Positions 9,482 through 17,216 of a stretch of 32,000 nt of DNA are shown in pieces (the stretch's first letter is position 1; every line of letters starts with the position of its first letter). The stretch comes from Candidatus Hermodarchaeota archaeon (GTDB lineage: Archaea > Asgardarchaeota > Heimdallarchaeia > Hodarchaeales > Hodarchaeaceae). Where the stretch lies: assembly GCA_048886185.1 (NCBI GenBank), contig JBHLKY010000002.1, positions 232,359 through 264,358 of the forward strand, written 5' to 3'. Made by a program: the position numbers and the translations under genes. The notes beneath the pieces were generated by a model that did not search any database, was not told where the DNA came from, and worked only from the letters and a program-made list of their open reading frames with translations.

Positions 9482-10504
9482 TTATTTTTGAACATATTCT
9501 TTTATGATCTCATTTGGTATCTCTATAGCAAATTTGCAAACCATATCGCCCCACAAAGCAGTCTGTAGTGGTTCAACATTTATAGACTGATCAAACATCT
9601 CATCCCAATATAATTTGAAATATCCTCCACTACAATAACAAAAATTCCTAGAGATTTCTTTTTCTGTTCCATCTTTTATAGCTCCCCTTACCCAAGGACA
9701 ATAACACCAGTAATATCGTTTCATGTTATTTGAGTGTGAATTTAAGAATCTTTTAATTTGATAGGGAACTTTTGTAACAATAATCTTATTATCGTTCCGT
9801 ACTCCTGCACCCATCGTTGGAATAGTCTTTACATAATTAACTACCTCATCATCTACTAATTGAGCAAACATTGCTGTTCCATCGTTTCTATGTTGCTCAA
9901 CTTCATTCAGGAATTCTTGATTCTTTATTTTGAGAAATTTATCTAAATCCTTTAATTCCTTTAATTTTTCCTTATCAATTTCAGCTGGTGGGCCACCGTG
10001 TAGACAGGGTCGGAGCAGCTCTTTTGTATTTTCTTCTCCTAGTTTTTCTTCTAATCTTTTCATTACCAATTTCGTTACTTGAGGTTTCTTCTCAGGATGA
10101 GCTCCGAGAGGTGGAATTTCAATATCTTTGAAAATTTCATTCCGAACTTCCTCTCCATGCCATTCAGCTATTCGATTATAGAGAGTATCCATTGCAGGAT
10201 AAGATTCTGCTATATCAAGGATTTCCTCAACACGGTGGTGCATTCCAATAAAAGGAAAATATCTCCAGAGTCCAATGATGAGCTGTCTAGCTGCTACTCT
10301 ATCTATTGAAGCTAACTGGTCTGCATATTCGATCAATTTTCCATAAGGGAAGGAATTAATTGTCTCATTCTTTTCCTCAAGAAAATGAATAAATCCATTT
10401 ACAGCTTCAAACAAGCTAGGTATCTCATTATCTGGTACATTGTTTTCTAGAAGAAATAACTTGAACTGCTCAAATTCATATCCGTTCTTCTCCATGTTAC
10501 ACAC
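9482..10504 (-). CDS. Cys-rich hypothetical protein (DUF6144/V4R-like C-terminal domain)
   Basis: 340 aa ORF with PC, WCYCPW, FCYCSGG and VCKFAI, the Cys spacing seen in V4R-like domains. Family assignment is from memory. Confidence 0.55.
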   Translation of the reverse strand: MCNMEKNGYEFEQFKLFLLENNVPDNEIPSLFEAVNGFIHFLEEKNETINSFPYGKLIEYADQLASIDRVAARQLIIGLWRYFPFIGMHHRVEEILDIAESYPAMDTLYNRIAEWHGEEVRNEIFKDIEIPPLGAHPEKKPQVTKLVMKRLEEKLGEENTKELLRPCLHGGPPAEIDKEKLKELKDLDKFLKIKNQEFLNEVEQHRNDGTAMFAQLVDDEVVNYVKTIPTMGAGVRNDNKIIVTKVPYQIKRFLNSHSNNMKRYYWCYCPWVRGAIKDGTEKEISRNFCYCSGGYFKLYWDEMFDQSINVEPLQTALWGDMVCKFAIEIPNEIIKEYVQK

Positions 10505-11059
10505 CTATCCATTTAGGATATCAAAAAATTATGACAAAAGAAAAATTTTCCTTTCTAGGCAATTACCAATCGATAGCTGATAAAATCTCTTCCGTGACAA
10601 GGCTGGTCTGAATTTTAAGAGTTGTTTTCATTTTTGTTTAAATTTACAATCAAATGACATTTTCTGTAAGTTCTTTATAAGAAATGTCTTGCATCCAGTG
10701 TTAAACGCCATGAACACATTAAGAAAAACGGGGAAGAATATAAGAAAGATATAAAAATGAGGATTGAGATAATGAATTCCTGAAATATCATTATATTAAC
10801 AGGTTGGATTTGATGATAATTTATCTTATTTAATTTTCCATAAGCCCAGGTTAAATAATCAATCATTGATATTCAGTTAAAAAAAATACTCTTAGACAAA
10901 GTAAAATCAGTCAAGGGAAAATTTGTAGTTATAGCAAATTACAGATAGTAATTATTGGCATTACAAAACGAATCATGCTAAATGTAGAATTATTATTGCT
11001 TTGATTGATCATAAAGTTACTCATCATGTTTTTATCATCAATGATTATAGGATTAACTA

Positions 11060-12412
11060 ATGAGTTTCGTTATTCAATTGATCATAGGATTAATATTACT
11101 CTTTACATTGGTTCTTATCATAACCGAAAGAGTTCACAAAACTCTAGCAGCAATGATTGGAGCAGGTTTAACTATAATTGTTGCCACCCTACCTGGAAGT
11201 GGGGAAAATGGAAGTTTCTTAATTCCTGACATTGAACATGCAATACAACTTATAGAAATTGATCTCATCCTAGTAATAATTGGGATTACCTTAATGGTTG
11301 GAGTGGCAAGAACTACAGGATTATTTGATTTTATTACACTGGTAATTTTGAAAAAATCTGGTAATAATCAGTTTAAATTATTAGCTGCATTATCATTTCT
11401 GACCTTGATATTTTCTGCTCTGTTAGACGCGTATATGGCAATAATCATTGTATCTTCAATAACAATTGTGGCATGTGATGCGTTAGACATAAATCCTAAA
11501 CCATTTATATTAGCAGAAGCCATTTTTGGAGATTTGGGAGGAATTATTACTCGGATAGCTTCTCCTCCAAACTTAATCCTCGGAGGACACTTTGACATTG
11601 ATTTTATTACATTCTTTCTTCTTACTTCCCCGTTTGCTTTTTGTGCCAGCTTTCTTACGTTAGTAATTTGGAGTATTATCTTTAGAAAGGATCTAACAAA
11701 ACCAATCAGTTCCTCTCAATATCATGAGATATTATTAATCAATGAGAGGGCTGTCATAACTGATCCCAAGAGTTTCCAAAATGCGGCAATCATACTAATT
11801 GGGACAATTCTAGCATTTATTATTACCCCTTTTCTTCCAATGAAAATTGAATTAGGTTATATTAGTCTCGCAGGCGGCTTCCTCATGGTTGGACTCGTAA
11901 AAACAGATTTTCATGAAGCTTTAAGTACTATTGAATGGGAAATCGTTTTTTTTCTAATTGGATTGCTAACAGTCATTGGTATTGCTGAAAAAGTCGGGAT
12001 TTTAGAGATTATTGTTGAACCCCTTAACTATATATTTTCTTTGAATACATTAGGGGGAATCTTATTCCTTCAATGGATTACTGCACTAGCTTCAGCTATA
12101 CTAGATAATATTCCTGTTGCTACTATTATGACCTCTGTTATGGATTCTTTAATCGAAGAATATCCTCTAGAACTCCCTTTTGTACCCTTTCTTTTGTCAG
12201 TAGTTATTGGAACAAATTTAGGTGGTAATATTACCCCAATTGGATCAGCTTCAACGGTTCAAGCGATTTCTTTCCTAGACCGAGTTGAAAGGGAAGATGC
12301 AAAAACTACTTTCATCGAATTTGTTAAAATTGGAGGATCGGTGGCTTTTTTCCAATTACTGTTGGGATCTCTTTATATTATACTCATGTGGATAATATTT
12401 AGTCCGCTGTGA
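11060..12412 (+). CDS. ArsB/NhaD/SLC13 (ion transporter superfamily) permease
   Basis: About 11-12 TM segments. SALLDAY, ASPPNLI, IEWEIVFFLIGL, SAILDNIP and NLGGNITPIGSAS motifs. Confidence 0.88.
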   Translation: MSFVIQLIIGLILLFTLVLIITERVHKTLAAMIGAGLTIIVATLPGSGENGSFLIPDIEHAIQLIEIDLILVIIGITLMVGVARTTGLFDFITLVILKKSGNNQFKLLAALSFLTLIFSALLDAYMAIIIVSSITIVACDALDINPKPFILAEAIFGDLGGIITRIASPPNLILGGHFDIDFITFFLLTSPFAFCASFLTLVIWSIIFRKDLTKPISSSQYHEILLINERAVITDPKSFQNAAIILIGTILAFIITPFLPMKIELGYISLAGGFLMVGLVKTDFHEALSTIEWEIVFFLIGLLTVIGIAEKVGILEIIVEPLNYIFSLNTLGGILFLQWITALASAILDNIPVATIMTSVMDSLIEEYPLELPFVPFLLSVVIGTNLGGNITPIGSASTVQAISFLDRVEREDAKTTFIEFVKIGGSVAFFQLLLGSLYIILMWIIFSPL

Positions 12413-12469
12413 ACATATTAATTGACTAGAATGAAATGAATCCATGCAAGATTAAGAAAGCTTAATAAA

Positions 12470-12836
12470 ATGAGTGAAGAAGATGAAACAATAGAGAAGA
12501 TACTAGATCTCTTTCAAAAGTCCCGTTTAAGTTCAGAAAAAAGACAAGTTGAGCTTAACAGAACAAATTGAGTAAATAGGCGGAAAATTAAAAGTAAATT
12601 ATAAACCAAATCGAATTTCACTACATGATTTTAGCAATCAGACCGCTATCCAATCTAAAGATTTTATCATCATTCAGACATTAGAAGATATTCCAGAGGA
12701 TTCAGAAAGTATTATTCATTCTATATGTTTAAAAGAAGTAAATGTCTTACCCTTTTCCTTCTGTAAATTAAAAGAAAAGGAGAATATTCATACTAATTCT
12801 ATCCGTAATACTTTATTCCTTTATTATTATTCATAA
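12470..12836 (+). pseudogene. Probable fragmented gene downstream of the permease
   Basis: ATG 12470 opens 33 codons (MSEEDETIEKILDLFQKSRLSSEK..). A second frame, 12576-12836, is stop-free for 86 codons without a start. Product unknown. Confidence 0.35.
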
Positions 12837-13073
12837 CTTTAAAACGATCATGATTAGTATTATTTAGTCATTTTTACCTCTTGCTATTCGGATTCTCATA
12901 TAAGAATGATCTTCAGAGAGATTTTATTTTATAGAATACTCTGGGAGATAATATTCAAACTCTGGAGCATTATTCATGCCATGTATTAAATACCTGAGAG
13001 AATAACCTTTTTAGGATTCATTCAATGATTAATATCAATTGGAAAAAAACCAATAAAGAGGAGTTAACTTCCA

Positions 13074-13754
13074 TTGTGGAAACAAAATGTTGTGAAAAGA
13101 AAATTTATTGGCATACCAATCTTGTTAATTTATATTAATTTAGTTCTAATTTTTTTGCCTGAATTATATGCTAAAGCCTCGATGTTGAATTTACTCACTA
13201 TTCTGTTATTTAGTTTATTTATCGCTGGAGATATATTATTTAGACCACTTTGGGTTGGTAAAGAAAAGGACCAGTTTAAAAAAAGTACTCTAGTTATTTT
13301 TCTTTTATTCTTTACAGTACCTGTTCTCCTTTATTTCCCTTACATTGAGTACCAAACATTCCTTCAACATGTTATCCCATCTCCAATCGCTTTAATGATG
13401 AGTATCATTGGTAATTTCGTATTGATAAGTGGTGGGATTCTAATGATTTGGAGTAGAATCCTCCTTGGACCGTATGGCACACCCAGAATTGTGATTAAAG
13501 ACCAACATCAATTAATCACCCACGGAATTTATCGATATATCCGTCACCCCCTTTATTTAGGTTACATTCTATTTTTATTCGGTTATGCGTTTGCATTTGG
13601 CAGCCTTTTCTTTTCAAGTCTAATCATTGTTTTTATGCTTCCCTTAACTAAAAGTAGAATGGATTTAGAAGAAAAATTACTTCTAGCTAATATAGGAGAG
13701 AAATATAGCGACTACATAAAACATACAAAACGGTTAATCCCCTGGTTTTATTAA
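13074..13754 (+). CDS. Isoprenylcysteine carboxylmethyltransferase (ICMT) family membrane methyltransferase, second copy
   Basis: TM-rich N-terminus, LITHGIYRYIRHPLY, RMDLEEKLL...YSDYIKHTKRLIP. GAGGAG upstream. Confidence 0.88.
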   Translation: MWKQNVVKRKFIGIPILLIYINLVLIFLPELYAKASMLNLLTILLFSLFIAGDILFRPLWVGKEKDQFKKSTLVIFLLFFTVPVLLYFPYIEYQTFLQHVIPSPIALMMSIIGNFVLISGGILMIWSRILLGPYGTPRIVIKDQHQLITHGIYRYIRHPLYLGYILFLFGYAFAFGSLFFSSLIIVFMLPLTKSRMDLEEKLLLANIGEKYSDYIKHTKRLIPWFY

Positions 13755-14018
13755 ACAGCGAGAAATTTCCATATAGAATTAGATTTTAATTTCGAGAGAT
13801 TCCCTTTTTTTCCTATCTTAGTTTTTCATGAGATTAACTTTAAAATCAGCAACCAATTAATAACTATCTAGCGCGTTCTAGTTAATATAGTAATGTTGAC
13901 CTATATATGAGCATAAGAATGGTTTGTGGAACATCTAATCAAGCTTAATGACTCAAGATCCATTGGAAGTCAAATCGAACTATTCTGTTTATGTATTCAA
14001 CTTATCTGGAGGTAAAAT

Positions 14019-14663
14019 ATGCGTTATATTAATATGCAGACCTGGCCTCGCCATGATCACTTTAGATTATTTAACTCATTCAATCATCCACACTTTAATA
14101 TGTGCGCGAATGTAGACTTGACAGCATTTCAACCAGTTGTAAAGCAACATGGCTATTCATTCACTGTAGCTATTGTTTTCATTATTACACGAGCATCAAA
14201 TGCGATTCCTGAGTTCCGTTATCGCATTCGTGAGGAACAAGTCATTGAACATGAGATTGTACATCCAAGCTTTACTATTCTAATAAATGAAAACATATTC
14301 AGCTTTTGTACAATTGAATATAATGAAGATTTTCCTATCTTTGCAGCAAGAGCTGCAGAGACCATTGCTTATATGAAGACACACCCAACTCTAGATAATG
14401 ATCCCGAAAGAGATGATTTATTATTCATGTCCCCGATACCGTGGGTATCCTTCACAAGTTTTATGCATCCAATGCAACAGCATCCAGCAGATTCTGTCCC
14501 ACGTTTTGCATGGGGAAAAACTTTTGAAGAAGGGGAATTAACGAAGATACCATTAAGTGTACAAGGACATCATGCAGTCATGGACGGAGTACACATGGGT
14601 AGATTCTATGAAAAAGTACAAGATTACTTATTTCACCCCGAGATCGCGCTAGGTGAAAATTAA
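14019..14663 (+). CDS. cat: Type A chloramphenicol acetyltransferase-like O-acetyltransferase
   Basis: W.R..HF..F N-terminus, SPIPWVSFTS, PRFAWGK and catalytic-His motif VQGHHAVMDGVH (CAT consensus HHAVCDG.H). 214 aa. GGAGGT RBS. Confidence 0.9.
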   Translation: MRYINMQTWPRHDHFRLFNSFNHPHFNMCANVDLTAFQPVVKQHGYSFTVAIVFIITRASNAIPEFRYRIREEQVIEHEIVHPSFTILINENIFSFCTIEYNEDFPIFAARAAETIAYMKTHPTLDNDPERDDLLFMSPIPWVSFTSFMHPMQQHPADSVPRFAWGKTFEEGELTKIPLSVQGHHAVMDGVHMGRFYEKVQDYLFHPEIALGEN

Positions 14664-14992
14664 GGTTATTTCTAAAGCCTAATTACATCCAAACGTATTA
14701 TATAGTGAGGATATATAGTGTGAATAGCAAAGTTTGGCCTAGGTTGAATAGTTTAAGTATTAAAATCTCTCATTGCTTCTTTTTGGAAAAACTGATCTTA
14801 TTTACATTTTAGGCTTTTTTTAGTTATTCCTAAATGTTGACTTATTTACTAAAATCAAGGTAGCAATCACTATTACTCCAGCTCTTATAGATAATAATAC
14901 AGGCGAAGTATTTAAAAATTTAACATGTAGTTTTTGTTAAATTGTATATTTAGTTATTTTTTTTTTGTATATGTCAAGCAGGTGAACCTAGT

Positions 14993-15574
14993 TTGAGGTT
15001 TAAATCTGGCGTAATAGTTAATTTTTTAATTATATTGATTATATGGTCTTCTGGTTGTACAGAACCGAAGAAAAGCCAAGAAACAGAGCTTATCGTAATG
15101 GGAGTCACTGGTGAATCCAGAGAATTTACATTAATGGAGATCAAAGAGTTACCAAATATAGATGGTACAAGCGAACATCAAAACTCTCTTGGCGACTGGA
15201 GTGGGAAAGGAGTTTATAAAGGCGTATCAATCTCTGTTTTTGCAGAAGAAGTCGGGGGAATGCAACCTGGGGATATTCTACTTGTTACTTCTGAAGATAA
15301 TTACGTACAAGTTTTTTCTTATACGAAAATTTATCCCTCAACAGAATGGGATAGAATTCAAGGATCTATGATCCTAGCTTATTCTTATAATGGTACCTTA
15401 TTTCCTGATTGGACGGAAGGTTATCGGATTGTATTCTTACCAAAAGATCATGCTTATAGTAACGCTGATTGTGAAGCCACTTCACCTCCAAGAGAAGGAT
15501 ATAATATCTGGCCTTCAGCGGGTTTTCGATGGTTGAAATTCGTAAGAATTTTAAGAATAAGAAACATTAATTAA
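14993..15574 (+). CDS. Putative lipoprotein with molybdopterin-oxidoreductase-like (Oxidored_molyb) domain
   Basis: Signal peptide with lipobox SSGC. ILAYSYNGT, GYRIVF and RWLKFVRILRI resemble the LAY..NG / LRL / KWVK motifs of that fold. Confidence 0.6.
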   Translation: MRFKSGVIVNFLIILIIWSSGCTEPKKSQETELIVMGVTGESREFTLMEIKELPNIDGTSEHQNSLGDWSGKGVYKGVSISVFAEEVGGMQPGDILLVTSEDNYVQVFSYTKIYPSTEWDRIQGSMILAYSYNGTLFPDWTEGYRIVFLPKDHAYSNADCEATSPPREGYNIWPSAGFRWLKFVRILRIRNIN

Positions 15575-15657
15575 TAAAAAGCTATAGTTCCATTGTAGGA
15601 TTGGTGGAGTAGTCAATAAAAATGATGGATCTAGTGTTTTATTACTGGAGGAGGCCC

Positions 15658-16257
15658 TCAACACTGAGAATGACGAGGAGCCTGAAGGCTGGGAAGAGAT
15701 TTAACATGAAAAAATTCTAGTATAGAACGACCTAAGATTTCAAATACCTCGTTAATATTATGACCAGTAAGAGCAGAGGTAAAGAAAACTGAAGGTGAAT
15801 AGGATGGAGTAGTATGGCTCAATTTCTCAATAAAATCCGTTATTTCTTTGGAATCGATAGTACTCTGAAGATCATTTTTATTTCCAACAATTAAAAATGG
15901 AATGGGCCGACTAACACTAGTTATAACTTCATTTTTCCATTTAGTTAAGTTATATAAGGTAGAGGGGGCTGTTAAATCGAATACCATTATTATGGCATGT
16001 GATCCCTTATAGAAACTAGACCTAATGAATTTAAAATGTGGTTGGCCAGCAATATCCCAAATTTGTAAATTTATTTCCATCTCATCTATAATCAAACTTT
16101 TTACTGTAATTTCTGTTCCAATTGTCGGTTTATACTCATTTTGAAATTTCTCTTCTATTCTAAGAAATCGTCTTAAAATGGCGGACTTTCCTACCCCACC
16201 ATCCCCAACTAAACAGACTTTATATAATTGCTCCGAATTCCTCTCATAAAAATCCAT
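15658..16257 (-). CDS. Rab-like small GTPase (Ras superfamily, eukaryotic signature protein)
   Basis: G1 GDGGVGKS, G2 PTIG, G3 WDIAGQ, G4 NKND, G5 TSALTG. RabF-like IGTEI, NLQIW, HFKFIR, FYKGS, MVFDLT. Tail ends ...APRHSQC-stop. Confidence 0.93.
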   Translation of the reverse strand: MDFYERNSEQLYKVCLVGDGGVGKSAILRRFLRIEEKFQNEYKPTIGTEITVKSLIIDEMEINLQIWDIAGQPHFKFIRSSFYKGSHAIIMVFDLTAPSTLYNLTKWKNEVITSVSRPIPFLIVGNKNDLQSTIDSKEITDFIEKLSHTTPSYSPSVFFTSALTGHNINEVFEILGRSILEFFHVKSLPSLQAPRHSQC

Positions 16258-16516
16258 TTTAGTACTATCCTCACAGAATCATGTGATAATGCAATCTATT
16301 TTCAAAAATGTTACCAGATAATCCAATCGTTTATTGAATGTAACCTTTAATAAGGGGACTAAATGATCTTTTAAGGTGCATCAAAGGCTAGATCTATGAG
16401 ATTGTTCTTTTAATTTAAAATAGTTTGCGTGACATTCTACTTGTTGCCCCAATAATTAATAAAATCCAAAATTTCATCGATTTAATTTATAATCATATTA
16501 AGGAGGGTTAATCTAT

Positions 16517-17167
16517 TCAAATTAACTCATTCCAGTTCTTAAAAACTCTTGTTGCACCATTTTTAAAAAAATCTTGAGGTTTTTTCCTTCCATGACAATA
16601 ACCATATCTTTCTGGGATTAATAGCTCTTCATAACACAGAAAATATCCCGGAAAATCATCAACAACACGTAGAATTGTTTCGTGATCAATAGTACTTGTA
16701 ATGTGTGTTAATTGCTTTTTCCTTATGACAGGGAATGGAATTTTAAATAGTGTATCTTCATTCTTAATCATATAGAGATTTGAATTCTGAACTGGAAATC
16801 CAAATCTTTCTAATTCAGAGAGCGTTAGATCTCTAATTCTCTCAAGCCTTCCAGTAAGATAGATCAATTTAAAATGCTCGTTCCATAGTTGTAATACACT
16901 TGCTGCAGTAGGAATTGGTTGATTTAATTTCATCAAATCAATCCCCGTGTCATTCTTACATAATAAAGTGTCCTGAAACTGCTGTTTAAGTTCATTGGCT
17001 TTAGATCTTTGAATATCGTCTGCATACTTGTTAAAAATTTGCTCGAGATTCTTTTCTAGCATATCGTTTATGCTTATTTCGCATTCCAAGATGGATTCAA
17101 CTATAATCTTAGTTCTATTTACACTATCAATTAGTGTATCATCTATGTCAATTATAATTACTTGCAT
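16517..17167 (-). CDS. HAD superfamily hydrolase
   Basis: Motif I IIDIDDTL, motif II YLTGR, motif IV VVDD. Confidence 0.8.
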   Translation of the reverse strand: MQVIIIDIDDTLIDSVNRTKIIVESILECEISINDMLEKNLEQIFNKYADDIQRSKANELKQQFQDTLLCKNDTGIDLMKLNQPIPTAASVLQLWNEHFKLIYLTGRLERIRDLTLSELERFGFPVQNSNLYMIKNEDTLFKIPFPVIRKKQLTHITSTIDHETILRVVDDFPGYFLCYEELLIPERYGYCHGRKKPQDFFKNGATRVFKNWNELI

Positions 17168-17216
17168 TGAAGCTAACCTTGACTATTCTAGAAAAAGAAT
17201 ATCGATGATCTTTTAA

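Noticed and set aside
10675-10866. 63 aa minus-strand ORF in the intergenic region
   Set aside because: Composition is typical of AT-rich non-coding DNA, with no RBS or motif.
13755-14992. Integron-like cassette structure (attC sites) around cat
   Set aside because: Only short imperfect repeats (TAACTA...TAGTTA; TATATAGTG twice). No recurring attC-like element and no integrase in the window.
15630-15660. TGA after the GTPase terminal Cys as selenocysteine or readthrough
   Set aside because: Readthrough adds only GPPPVIKH before TAG, and I see no SECIS-like hairpin.
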